Part shown: one piece after another, positions 1 through 7,903 of the stretch
Numbering within the stretch: the stretch's first letter is position 1
Layout: each line of letters opens with the position of its first letter
DNA from: Hafnia phage Pocis76
Sequence record: MW689258.1
Direction: 5' to 3' (one strand)
DNA length: 48,565 nt
Notes under the pieces: generated by a model
Databases searched by the model: none
What the model saw: only the letters and a program-made list of their open reading frames with translations
Told to the model about the DNA's origin: nothing
Translations under genes and position numbers: made by a program

Positions 1-53
1 GTGACGTGTAGTGTGCGCTTGTCCGTTACTGAATTTTCGCGTAACGTGTTCAC

Positions 54-412
54 TTTTGTTATCGCGTGTTCACTTGGTGAATCCGCGAATGTTTCGCAAC
101 AAAATAAACATTGAAATTCCTCTATAAGCTATTGAAAATAAAGTATTATTTATTTATATATATTATTTGTTTTTCTTTATGTTCACCTTGTTACCACGTA
201 TTTTGTGTATGTGTGAGATTTCTATATTTTTGGGCATATATGCACAAAAATAGCTATATATATCTATTTATCCGGCGCAGCTGCTGAAAATGGTAACGGA
301 AAAAATAACAGAGCGTTTTCATGCACTTAGAGGCGGATTTTGTTACCAGCCAAAAAAGAAACACGGGGTGAACCAAAATAACACTTGACGTAGTGATTGA
401 TGCATGTAGAAT
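54..412 (+). promoter_or_regulatory. Control region A: GTTAYC/TGTTCAC repeats, AT-rich tract, sigma70-like promoter
   Basis: TTTTGTTATCGCGTGTTCACT at about 56-76, GTTCACCTTGTTACC near 181, GGTAACGG near 292, TTTTGTTACC near 339; TTGACG (385-390) -N16- TAGAAT (407-412). Confidence 0.65.
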
Positions 413-441
413 GGCGGCATCGAAACAACACAGGAGGCAAC

Positions 442-909
442 ATGGAATACACTTCTAAAGACTACTGCGAAAATCTGCGCATTCTGGGTCGCAAGTTGGC
501 TGAGGGTGAGATTGAGGAGTACCGCCTGAACATCACCGAGCTAATGGAGCACATGAATCCAGATGATTACCACAAGGTAACAAAAAGCATGTCGTACTCG
601 CGAGTGATTATCAATCGAGTGCCAGAGGTGAAAGCAGTAGGCAGTATTTCGATTCGCGTTGACGAGGACGAGCTGAGCAAGTATTACGTGTTCACACTGC
701 GCAAAGGCCAGAAGAAACGTATTATCAACGAGGACGACTTGCCACACGTCCGGCAGGTTGCAGTAAACAAAGCTCTGCGCCGATTGATTGCTTGCCCTCC
801 ACGAATCACAGACCTGAGCGAGGAGGAAATGCGGGGAGCGGCGAAAGTTATCGAGCGCTACATTGAGGTGATGCAGTCCATGATGAAGGGCGAGGATGAT
901 GATGAATAA
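442..909 (+). CDS. hypothetical early protein, first gene after promoter A
   Basis: ORF with AGGAGG upstream of ATG at 442; ORF track extends upstream past the promoter. Confidence 0.75.
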   Translation: MEYTSKDYCENLRILGRKLAEGEIEEYRLNITELMEHMNPDDYHKVTKSMSYSRVIINRVPEVKAVGSISIRVDEDELSKYYVFTLRKGQKKRIINEDDLPHVRQVAVNKALRRLIACPPRITDLSEEEMRGAAKVIERYIEVMQSMMKGEDDDE

Positions 910-1033
910 CGTCGGCTTTTGGCTCCTGATTGGTTACTTAATCTACTTGGTGATTTGGGGGTAATTATGAATAGCGATAACATTTTTGTGTTCTGGATGG
1001 TATTTGTCGCAATCTTGCTACTTGCTGCGTAAA

Positions 1034-1090
1034 TAGCACGAATTGCTAAAACAAAGTCGATGGGGTTAGGCATAATAGCCTCATCGACAA
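1034..1090 (+). promoter_or_regulatory. early operator-promoter element 1
   Basis: TAGCACGAATTGCTAAAAC, CATAAT 37 nt downstream (1071-1076), N5, CATCGAC. Confidence 0.8.
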
Positions 1091-1115
1091 CAAAGACACC
1101 TATCAGGAGAGGGAA

Positions 1116-1289
1116 ATGAAATCACGCGAATACCTAAACACAGTTAACGGCCTGATTTACTGGCTAGAGGATGATGATGTCATGTGCCGCAGCCCAAAGA
1201 GCGGCTTTGTGTCTGTCTCATGCATTAGCGCGGCAGAGTTCTTTATCGGCGTGGGTGCTGGCAAGCTGGTTTTGGTGGAGGACGAATAA
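1116..1289 (+). CDS. small hypothetical protein (57 aa, below ORF-track cutoff)
   Basis: MKSREYLNTVNGLIYWLEDDD; stop overlaps the next ATG (TAATG). Confidence 0.65.
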   Translation: MKSREYLNTVNGLIYWLEDDDVMCRSPKSGFVSVSCISAAEFFIGVGAGKLVLVEDE

Positions 1290-1543
1290 TGAAAAACGAA
1301 CATATCCCATTTCGCACTCGCTTTTGCAACGTAGAGGGGTATGAGTTCGATATTTACGGCAAATTCCCAACGCAAGGGCGCTTTGTGTACGTCTACCGCG
1401 ATATTGACGACGATATTCAAAGCGTCGAGTGTGAAGTTATCGACGGGCGCGTTGTTCAAGTCTACGGCGGCTGGCCTATCAACACTAACAGCCTAAGCGA
1501 GAAGATGATTTGCTGCATTCAGTTAAAGAAAGATAAGAAATAA
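1289..1543 (+). CDS. hypothetical protein
   Basis: ORF track; coupled start. Confidence 0.65.
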   Translation: MKNEHIPFRTRFCNVEGYEFDIYGKFPTQGRFVYVYRDIDDDIQSVECEVIDGRVVQVYGGWPINTNSLSEKMICCIQLKKDKK

Positions 1544-1552
1544 GGAGTTAGT

Positions 1553-1744
1553 ATGGCTAAGTGCTTAAAATCAACTTATGACTGCTTTGAGGTAGGCAAA
1601 GACTATGAACTGATTCAGGTCGAAACACGCGGGCGCTGGCGAGTATTCCACATCCCGCAGTGCGCTGGGCAGTATTTCATCATCGGGCTCGACGAATACG
1701 GCGAATGTGAAACCGATGCTAACGTGATCAAGTTCGAGGTGTGA
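1553..1744 (+). CDS. small hypothetical protein, SH3-like barrel pattern
   Basis: FEVGKDYELIQVETRGRWRVFHIPQCAGQYFIIG. Confidence 0.6.
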   Translation: MAKCLKSTYDCFEVGKDYELIQVETRGRWRVFHIPQCAGQYFIIGLDEYGECETDANVIKFEV

Positions 1745-1746
1745 TA

Positions 1747-1863
1747 ATGGAGACAATTTCAACATTGCTGCAATTCTTTTTAGTCATGGCTATGTTCGCT
1801 GGGGTTATTGCTGGCTTGGGCGCAGCAATCGGAAAGTTCAGTGACGATGATTACTGGCGATAG
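1747..1863 (+). CDS. 38-aa single-TM peptide
   Basis: METISTLLQFFLVMAMFAGVIAGLGAAIGKFSDDDYWR; TAG stop is the first three bases of the next operator. Confidence 0.5.
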   Translation: METISTLLQFFLVMAMFAGVIAGLGAAIGKFSDDDYWR

Positions 1864-1917
1864 CACTAATTGCTAAAAGCGGAGTCAAGCGCTCCGCTAT
1901 AATGACCACATCGAAAC
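1861..1917 (+). promoter_or_regulatory. early operator-promoter element 2
   Basis: TAGCACTAATTGCTAAAAG; TATAAT 1898-1903; N5; CATCGAAAC; inverted repeat AGCGGAG/CTCCGCT. Confidence 0.85.
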
Positions 1918-1934
1918 AACGAGAGGTAATGCCG

Positions 1935-2009
1935 ATGAGCAACTTTCACAACGAGCACGTAATGCAGTATTACCGCCAACTTTTAAAGCAACGTATGGAG
2001 AACAAATAA
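1935..2009 (+). CDS. 24-aa leader peptide or small ORF
   Basis: MSNFHNEHVMQYYRQLLKQRMENK; preceded by GAGAGG; stop overlaps ATG of next gene. Confidence 0.35.
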   Translation: MSNFHNEHVMQYYRQLLKQRMENK

Positions 2010-2767
2010 TGCGCTACTATATCTTTGACCTTGACGGAACATTAGCTGATGGCACTCACCGCTTGCACCTGCTTCCAAAGCATGACCTGCATCTAACTGA
2101 GAGCTGGATCGAGTTCAACAGGGCATGCGTAAATGATGCGCCAATAAAAGACACTATCCGCGTAATGAATGCTATTTATGACGCTTGCGAGGCTGCCGAC
2201 GAGGGCGATCAGGTAATCATTCTCACCGGACGAAGCGACGACGCGAATCGTGAAACTATCGAATGGCTTTATGATATGGGTTGCAAGTATCACCGATTGG
2301 AAATGCGCGGCAAAACAGACAATCGCCCAGACACGACAATCAAAGAGGAATTCTTGCGCGGCCTTGGTCTAGAAAATATCGTGGCTTGCTGGGATGATAG
2401 CGTGAAGGTTATTCGACATTTCCGCAGCCTTGGCCTAACGGTTTATCAGGTGTGTGAGTATGAGCCAGATCCGAGTCGCGTAGACCTGCAATCGCACGGC
2501 GAGGATGAGGAGGAAGTAAAGCCAGCTGGCGAGCCAGTGTATAAGCTGTACAAGGCTATTGATGCTATTGACTCAAATCTGAGTTACTTCCTGTTTAAGG
2601 AGTTCGAGAACGGCACACGGTTTTATAGTGTAATGAGCGCATCACGGTTTAATGATGATTTAGAGGCGATAGAATACTTTAAGAAGCTAGGGGCTGTTTG
2701 GCTTGATAAATACAACTTATCGCGCCGCTTTGATATGGAAGAACCGATTTTCATCGCTGAATGGTAA
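2009..2767 (+). CDS. HAD-superfamily phosphatase (polynucleotide 3'-phosphatase-like) with C-terminal extension
   Basis: motifs YYIFDLDGTLADG and VIILTGRSDD, later CWDDS. Confidence 0.75.
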   Translation: MRYYIFDLDGTLADGTHRLHLLPKHDLHLTESWIEFNRACVNDAPIKDTIRVMNAIYDACEAADEGDQVIILTGRSDDANRETIEWLYDMGCKYHRLEMRGKTDNRPDTTIKEEFLRGLGLENIVACWDDSVKVIRHFRSLGLTVYQVCEYEPDPSRVDLQSHGEDEEEVKPAGEPVYKLYKAIDAIDSNLSYFLFKEFENGTRFYSVMSASRFNDDLEAIEYFKKLGAVWLDKYNLSRRFDMEEPIFIAEW

Positions 2768-2769
2768 AA

Positions 2770-2826
2770 TAGCACTTTTTGTTAAAACTAGCTTGGGGTG
2801 ACTTGGTATAGTTACCCCATCGAAAC
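2770..2826 (+). promoter_or_regulatory. early operator-promoter element 3
   Basis: TAGCACTTTTTGTTAAAAC; TATAGT 2807-2812; N5; CATCGAAAC; arms TGGGGT/ACCCCA flank the -10. Confidence 0.85.
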
Positions 2827-2847
2827 GAAACCAATCAGGAGAAAGAA

Positions 2848-3126
2848 ATGAACTTCATCAAATCGCTTTTCGCCACCAAGAAATCAGCAACCGTAAACAG
2901 CAATTACGCAGCGCTGGTTAACAGTGACATGGCTGAAAAATTGTGGATGGCAGAGCGAGCAATTAAGGAACTGCGCGAACAACTGGAGAAGGAGAAGCGA
3001 GCGCACCACAGAACGCGCAATGTGTACCGCAATGTGATTAACGTTGTGCGCGGCAAGATGATTGACATTGACATCCTAATCAGCCGTGAGGCCAAGAAGT
3101 ACGACAACAACCGTAAAGGAGCTTAA
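2848..3126 (+). CDS. hypothetical protein, coiled-coil-like
   Basis: ORF track; AGGAG upstream. Confidence 0.6.
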   Translation: MNFIKSLFATKKSATVNSNYAALVNSDMAEKLWMAERAIKELREQLEKEKRAHHRTRNVYRNVINVVRGKMIDIDILISREAKKYDNNRKGA

Positions 3127-3130
3127 TAAC

Positions 3131-3397
3131 ATGAAATTTATCGACCGAATCAAGAACTTTTTCAAGCCAGCAAAACAAGACAGCAAAATCAGCAACGTTA
3201 ACGAGAAGTATTCTCGAATTTACGAGACACCGTTCGGCACTCAATACGCTATGCATGATGGCGCGGTGTATTACCGCAAGGTTGATGAGTTTTTGTTCAG
3301 AAAGTCATGCATTGAGGTTGACGATTTACATCGGTACATTGACGGCGGGTTGATTAAGCTCACCCATTCAAGAATCATCTACACATACAACCAATAG
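3131..3397 (+). CDS. hypothetical protein
   Basis: start at MKFIDRIKNFF; stop TAG lies in operator. Confidence 0.6.
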   Translation: MKFIDRIKNFFKPAKQDSKISNVNEKYSRIYETPFGTQYAMHDGAVYYRKVDEFLFRKSCIEVDDLHRYIDGGLIKLTHSRIIYTYNQ

Positions 3398-3451
3398 CAC
3401 GAATTGCTAAAACAGCGCCGAGGTCACGCTATATAATGGCCTCATCAACAA
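3395..3451 (+). promoter_or_regulatory. early operator-promoter element 4
   Basis: TAGCACGAATTGCTAAAAC; TATAAT 3432-3437; N5; CATCAAC; arms GAGGTC/GGCCTC. Confidence 0.85.
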
Positions 3452-3470
3452 ACAACAAAGGAGGTACAAA

Positions 3471-3704
3471 ATGCATAAATTCCAAGAACGAATCTCAGGT
3501 TTCCAAGATGGCTTTTATGACGTGGTGAAGTACGCTCGAACTCTCGATAAGATTATCGTGTCAGGTTTCCGCTGTCACAACAACGAGCGCTTTTACTTGG
3601 ACTTTGAGGATTTCCGAGGCAGTCAGGTGACAATCAGTGCCGCAGAGCCGCAATCAATGCGTAAAATGCTGACAGAGATTCACGACTCAATCCAGCCAGA
3701 ATAG
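3471..3704 (+). CDS. hypothetical protein
   Basis: GGAGG upstream; stop TAG lies in next operator. Confidence 0.65.
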   Translation: MHKFQERISGFQDGFYDVVKYARTLDKIIVSGFRCHNNERFYLDFEDFRGSQVTISAAEPQSMRKMLTEIHDSIQPE

Positions 3705-3758
3705 CACGAATTGCTAAAACTTGCGTAAGGCCATTTGATATAGTGGCCTTATTCGAGA
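3702..3758 (+). promoter_or_regulatory. early operator-promoter element 5
   Basis: TAGCACGAATTGCTAAAAC; TATAGT 3739-3744; 8-bp arms TAAGGCCA/TGGCCTTA, 10-nt loop TTTGATATAG; no CATC leader. Confidence 0.8.
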
Positions 3759-3789
3759 TAAGCAACAAACCAACAAAGGAGAAAGTAAA

Positions 3790-3921
3790 ATGCGTAATTT
3801 CGAGCCAATCAAGACCAAGAAGCAGCGCCGCCATGATGGTGATTTGATGGATACTGGGCGCGGTCGCAAGAAAACTCAGGCTCGCGGAGGCAAGAAGAAA
3901 TACTACGAGGATTGGCAATAA
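3790..3921 (+). CDS. 43-aa highly basic protein
   Basis: MRNFEPIKTKKQRRHDGDLMDTGRGRKKTQARGGKKKYYEDWQ; AGGAG upstream; coupled to next ATG. Confidence 0.55.
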   Translation: MRNFEPIKTKKQRRHDGDLMDTGRGRKKTQARGGKKKYYEDWQ

Positions 3922-4106
3922 TGATGTTTCTAGGGCAAGATAACCGAAGCAAGTATGCAAGCATGTTGCGCGAGTTAGCAGATCGCATTGAGCGCAACGA
4001 GGAGTTGGTTGACGGCCTCACAGTCGAGAGCCGCGCAAATTACGAGCAAGGAACAATCAACACCACATACACAATAGAAACGCTTGGAGTAATAAATGGG
4101 AAATAA
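3921..4106 (+). CDS. hypothetical protein
   Basis: MMFLGQDNRSKYASMLRELADRIERNEELV. Confidence 0.6.
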   Translation: MMFLGQDNRSKYASMLRELADRIERNEELVDGLTVESRANYEQGTINTTYTIETLGVINGK

Positions 4107-4185
4107 ACCGATTGAAATGTGGGTTAACATTGGCATGGTTTTATTAATAGCAGTAGCAACTATGGGAGCAGTAATAAATGGCTAA
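4096..4185 (+). CDS. 29-aa single-TM peptide
   Basis: MGNKPIEMWVNIGMVLLIAVATMGAVING. Confidence 0.45.
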   Translation: MGNKPIEMWVNIGMVLLIAVATMGAVING

Positions 4186-4738
4186 AATCATCACTCTGAA
4201 CGCACCAGCTGGCGCAGGTAAGGACACAATCGGCTATCACTTCTCGAAAGAGATTGGTTGCGATATTGTTAGTTTCAAGGCTCCAATGTTTAACATTGCA
4301 TCATCCATGCTTGGCGCTATCGACTATCAGAAGTTTCTAGCTGCCTATAATGACCGGAGTCAGAAAGAAAAGCCTCATGACTTCTTGGGTGGAAAGTCTT
4401 GTCGGGAGTTCATGATCTGGATTAGCGAGTCAGTGATGAAGCCAGTCTTTGGCAATCAGGTTTTCGGTAAGCGATTTGCAGAAGAACTGAAAGACTACGT
4501 TTATGTTTGCACAGACGGCGGTTTTGTTGATGAGGTTTATCCGCTGATTAAAGCTGGTCATGAGGTGATTATTTGCCGATTGCACCGCAATGGCTACACG
4601 TTCGATGGTGATAGTCGAAACTATGTGTACCTTCCTGCTGAATGGCATGGCCTAAACGGTTATCGTGAACTTGATTTTGACCTGATTGAAGGTGATGCAA
4701 TGCACACGGTAAACGAGATTATCAGGGCGGTTTTCTAA
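4178..4738 (+). CDS. deoxynucleoside monophosphate kinase-like protein
   Basis: P-loop-like LNAPAGAGKDTIG near N-terminus. Confidence 0.75.
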   Translation: MAKIITLNAPAGAGKDTIGYHFSKEIGCDIVSFKAPMFNIASSMLGAIDYQKFLAAYNDRSQKEKPHDFLGGKSCREFMIWISESVMKPVFGNQVFGKRFAEELKDYVYVCTDGGFVDEVYPLIKAGHEVIICRLHRNGYTFDGDSRNYVYLPAEWHGLNGYRELDFDLIEGDAMHTVNEIIRAVF

Positions 4739-4740
4739 AA

Positions 4741-4797
4741 TAGCACGAATTGCTAAAACGCGGGGAGCAATCCCCGCTAAACTACAAGCATACAAAC
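4741..4797 (+). promoter_or_regulatory. early operator-promoter element 6
   Basis: TAGCACGAATTGCTAAAAC; TAAACT 4778-4783; hairpin GCGGGGA/TCCCCGC; N5; CATACAAAC. Confidence 0.75.
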
Positions 4798-4815
4798 AAC
4801 GAGAGGGAAACAAGC

Positions 4816-5175
4816 ATGAAACCATTAACAAGCAAAGACGCTGGCGCTGTAGTTCGCTGTGTATTCTCAAGCACATCCGCATTTCGCAAAGGCAACGATT
4901 ATGTGACAGAGTGCGCGAAAGATTGCCCACACGTAGAGCTTGACGGATTCGTCATTAATGATCACGCGTTTCGCTATCACAAAATCATAGGTCTTGAGGG
5001 TGTTATTGCGTCATTCGTGGTGGTGAAGGATAAAGGCGGCAAATACCGCAAATCACAGAAGTTTATGACTGAGCGACTACACGACAACCGCCGAGCTCGC
5101 CGAGTGTTTCGCCAAGCGGCAAAGATTGGGCGCGACGAGCAACTACTGAAACTGGCACGTAATCACGGGAAGTAA
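4816..5175 (+). CDS. hypothetical protein
   Basis: ORF; start MKPLTSKDAGAVV downstream of element 6. Confidence 0.6.
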   Translation: MKPLTSKDAGAVVRCVFSSTSAFRKGNDYVTECAKDCPHVELDGFVINDHAFRYHKIIGLEGVIASFVVVKDKGGKYRKSQKFMTERLHDNRRARRVFRQAAKIGRDEQLLKLARNHGK

Positions 5176-5179
5176 TAGC

Positions 5180-5407
5180 ATGAATATTGTCAAAAGGATT
5201 TTCAGGCCGGAATACAGGATTGTTTATCAGGGTGGAGTTTATCACCTGCAAAAGCAAGGAATGTTCTCTGACTGGTTTTATGATGTTGATTATTTTTACA
5301 CTCACAGCGGAGCGGCAACTGAGTTTGAGATAAGAAAGGTACTAGGCCAATTCATCATCAAGCCAAAGTTGTTATACACGATTTACCTAGATAGCACGAA
5401 AAGCTAA
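5180..5407 (+). CDS. hypothetical protein whose C-terminus (STKS*) is encoded by the operator
   Basis: ORF track. Confidence 0.6.
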   Translation: MNIVKRIFRPEYRIVYQGGVYHLQKQGMFSDWFYDVDYFYTHSGAATEFEIRKVLGQFIIKPKLLYTIYLDSTKS

Positions 5408-5448
5408 AACTTGCTAAGGAGCATTTGATAAAGTGCTCCTTGTTGAGT
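5392..5448 (+). promoter_or_regulatory. early operator-promoter element 7 (variant operator)
   Basis: TAGCACGAAAAGCTAAAAC; TAAAGT 5429-5434; 8-bp arms AAGGAGCA/TGCTCCTT, 10-nt loop TTTGATAAAG. Confidence 0.75.
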
Positions 5449-5465
5449 TAAGCAAATCAGGAGGA

Positions 5466-5642
5466 ATGATGTTCCTAATCACTACTGAATCCTCTTGCAT
5501 CTACACGGCAGGAGTTGAGAGCAAGGCAGAATGGCATGGCGACGAGCTGATTATCACAACTTACGACGCCAACAACAAAGAGCTACGAAAAGTAAACCTA
5601 TCGGTAGAAGAAGCCGCAACACTAACGATGGAGAAAAGATAA
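5466..5642 (+). CDS. hypothetical protein
   Basis: AGGAGG followed by ATG at 5466. Confidence 0.6.
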   Translation: MMFLITTESSCIYTAGVESKAEWHGDELIITTYDANNKELRKVNLSVEEAATLTMEKR

Positions 5643-5914
5643 TGGCTACATATCGCAAGATGTTGGTAACTGGATTCACTAAGATTGCTAAGCGCTGGGA
5701 GGATAGCAAAAAGACTCCGCACGGTCTGCGCAAACACGGATATAAAAATGCTCGGCAGTGGGCGCGCTTGATGGTTGCAAACTACTACGTATTAAACAGC
5801 GATGTTATTTGCGACTTTCTAGCAGAGGAAATTGAGCGAGCAATCGTTGAGGATATTCCGCTGACTCAGGCTTTCTTTGACGATTTCGCAATGGAGGAGC
5901 TAGAAGCATGGTAA
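5642..5914 (+). CDS. hypothetical protein
   Basis: MATYRKMLVTGFTKIAKRW; coupled start. Confidence 0.6.
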   Translation: MATYRKMLVTGFTKIAKRWEDSKKTPHGLRKHGYKNARQWARLMVANYYVLNSDVICDFLAEEIERAIVEDIPLTQAFFDDFAMEELEAW

Positions 5915-6129
5915 CTCATCCAGATCACGCCCTGCCTGATGTTATAAAGGTGAGAGCGCCAATTAGTGACTTATCATTCAGCGCTGGTGATGTGTTTACG
6001 GCAACAAGGGAGAAAAGCGGTAGCTTTAAAGGTTTGTTTAAGATCTCAGAAGGCGTGAAATGGCCTCTGTATATACGAGTTCACGGTTGCGCACATTTGG
6101 GTGGTTTGAGCTGGGAGGTTGTAGAATGA
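5908..6129 (+). CDS. small hypothetical protein, SH3-like pattern
   Basis: LSFSAGDVFTATREKSGSFKGLFKI. Confidence 0.6.
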   Translation: MVTHPDHALPDVIKVRAPISDLSFSAGDVFTATREKSGSFKGLFKISEGVKWPLYIRVHGCAHLGGLSWEVVE

Positions 6130-6320
6130 GCACTAAGACATATAGCGTTATTCCAAACTTTAAAGGCTTTAAAGATATTACGCTTGATAAGCTGGCAAAG
6201 CATGATGTGATTGGTATCGACACAGCTATGCAATACGCAAACTATTTCGAGGAGCAAGGCTTAGAGGTTGAGGTAATCGCCGTAGTAAAAGACACGATTT
6301 ATAAAACAAAATCAAAATAG
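6126..6320 (+). CDS. hypothetical protein
   Basis: ATGA overlap with upstream stop; stop TAG lies in next operator. Confidence 0.6.
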   Translation: MSTKTYSVIPNFKGFKDITLDKLAKHDVIGIDTAMQYANYFEEQGLEVEVIAVVKDTIYKTKSK

Positions 6321-6374
6321 CACGAATTGCTAAAACGTCGTTGGGGTAGGCTGGTATAGTTACCCCATCGAAAT
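6318..6374 (+). promoter_or_regulatory. early operator-promoter element 8
   Basis: TAGCACGAATTGCTAAAAC; TATAGT 6355-6360; 7-bp arms TGGGGTA/TACCCCA; N5; CATCGAAAT. Confidence 0.85.
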
Positions 6375-6391
6375 AAAACGAGGAATCGAAA

Positions 6392-6598
6392 GTGGAACTG
6401 ATAAGAGTAAAAATTATCGACGCACACCGCACTTACGATGATGATTGCGAACCAATGGAAAGCTTGCATGATTTTTACGGGTTCAATAACGGAGACATTA
6501 TTGAGGTAGAAAAGTTGAGTGACGGCTGTGTTTACCTAGCTCATCCAAATGGCGATTCATTTTTACGCAAAGGCGAGTATGAGGTGGTGGAATGGTAA
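6392..6598 (+). CDS. small hypothetical protein, SH3-like pattern
   Basis: FNNGDIIEVEKLSDGCVYLAHPNGDSFLRKGEYEVVEW. Confidence 0.6.
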   Translation: MELIRVKIIDAHRTYDDDCEPMESLHDFYGFNNGDIIEVEKLSDGCVYLAHPNGDSFLRKGEYEVVEW

Positions 6599-6783
6599 GT
6601 ATTAACCTATCAGAGAAACAAGCGCGTGAATTAATGAAAATGATGATGTGGGGAGCCGACGAGGTGAATGATGAAACGGCTTGCGAAATAATAGCTCAAA
6701 TCGAAAACAAGTTGTTACCACGCCCATCTGAGCAAGCGGAGTTAGCAGCATGGCGCGGCGAAAAACGAATTAAGGGAGGTTAA
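6592..6783 (+). CDS. hypothetical protein
   Basis: ORF track. Confidence 0.55.
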   Translation: MVSINLSEKQARELMKMMMWGADEVNDETACEIIAQIENKLLPRPSEQAELAAWRGEKRIKGG

Positions 6784-6785
6784 TA

Positions 6786-7097
6786 ATGCGTTACCTACAC
6801 AATTACAAGTTAGCTTTCGGTCATAAGCAGATTGAGCACGAAAAGCTGTACAGCGACAAAGAGAAAGCGGATGGCATGAAGGTTGTGGCTGGCGGCGAGA
6901 TTACAGAGCTTCTTGAGCCGCAAGATGTGAAATTACGCTGTGATGTAGCGCTAAGCGAGATAGCCGAGCAAATGGATTTCTTAATGGATGAGTTCGAGGA
7001 TGAAGTGATTATGAAGGCGCGAGCAGTAATTCTAAAGAACGTTGAGCGCGCAATTATGGGATGGTTTGACCCAGAAACTGGGACTTGGACAAAATAA
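6786..7097 (+). CDS. hypothetical protein
   Basis: GGGAGG upstream. Confidence 0.65.
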   Translation: MRYLHNYKLAFGHKQIEHEKLYSDKEKADGMKVVAGGEITELLEPQDVKLRCDVALSEIAEQMDFLMDEFEDEVIMKARAVILKNVERAIMGWFDPETGTWTK

Positions 7098-7120
7098 GTT
7101 AAAATTAGATAGCGATTAAA

Positions 7121-7147
7121 GCGCCTCTAAAGGCCGTAGTGAGGCGC
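7121..7147. repeat. inverted repeat GCGCCTC...GAGGCGC
   Basis: 7-bp perfect arms, 13-nt loop. Confidence 0.5.
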
Positions 7148-7168
7148 AAAATTCAGGAATACGATTGC

Positions 7169-7318
7169 ATGACTAATAGTGATAAAAACGAATCTGAGTA
7201 CGTTCTGCCGTCTAAATGGTGCGAGCAAATGCAAGAGCGCATGTTAGAGCTGGGAAATCAAGAAAGCGCATACCATTATTTTACTTTGGCTAATCAGTGG
7301 AAAGAGAGAGGTTTATAA
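7169..7318 (+). CDS. 49-aa hypothetical protein (below ORF-track cutoff)
   Basis: MTNSDKNESEYVLPSKWCEQMQERMLELG; TAATG overlap with next gene. Confidence 0.5.
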   Translation: MTNSDKNESEYVLPSKWCEQMQERMLELGNQESAYHYFTLANQWKERGL

Positions 7319-7548
7319 TGTTTGGACTGAGCGAGGCGCATTTTAATCTGGTTAAACAAGCGGCTAAAAACTGCGCAAGAGAAATCAAGGACGCTATCGA
7401 CGCTGGCAAGAAATATGATGATTGCGCAGCTGACATTATCAGCAAGTACCATAACGACAAGATTCACCTGTTAGTTACTAGATTGCGTTTCGTTTGGCTT
7501 ATCGGGTACTTTAACGGACGCATGGGGAAACTTTTTGATTACGAATAG
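7318..7548 (+). CDS. hypothetical protein
   Basis: start MFGLSEAHFNLVKQ after GAGAGAGG. Confidence 0.6.
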   Translation: MFGLSEAHFNLVKQAAKNCAREIKDAIDAGKKYDDCAADIISKYHNDKIHLLVTRLRFVWLIGYFNGRMGKLFDYE

Positions 7549-7714
7549 TTGACTTCCATTTCCTGAGCGGTTAACCTAACAACCGTTGACGAAAGAGCGG
7601 CCTATAGCAGCCGAACGAGTGACGCGATAGTCACACCATTGAGCGCTACGCATGAGGTTTCAGTTTCACTGAATAATCTGTAAGTCGTAGCACTTAACCA
7701 ATCAGAGGTAAAAA

Positions 7715-7903
7715 ATGAATCGTTGGCATGTTCAGCTAGTTATCAGAAAAATGGGTATGCAGTGCCAAAGCTGCAAACAAGAATTTGAGACAATCGTAAC
7801 AGCATGTAGTGCTGAAATGGCTGTAAGACTGGCAAAGGAATATTCCGGCGCTAATCAAGAGACACACAAGTTTTCAATCAAACGAGTGAGAGAGGTTCAA
7901 TAA
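7715..7903 (+). CDS. hypothetical protein
   Basis: CQSCKQEF motif; AGAGG upstream. Confidence 0.6.
   Translation: MNRWHVQLVIRKMGMQCQSCKQEFETIVTACSAEMAVRLAKEYSGANQETHKFSIKRVREVQ

Noticed and set aside
241-257. TGCACAAAAATAGCTA in region A as another operator
   Set aside because: Right half altered, no -10 at +37, lies in AT-rich low-complexity sequence.
3726-3751. Hairpins in array elements as ordinary intrinsic terminators
   Set aside because: Most lack a downstream T-tract; the exception is the element at 35112-35168.
7549-7714. tRNA gene suggested by GAGCGGTTAA D-arm-like sequence
   Set aside because: No matching acceptor stem, anticodon arm or T-arm (GGTTCRA) at correct spacing.
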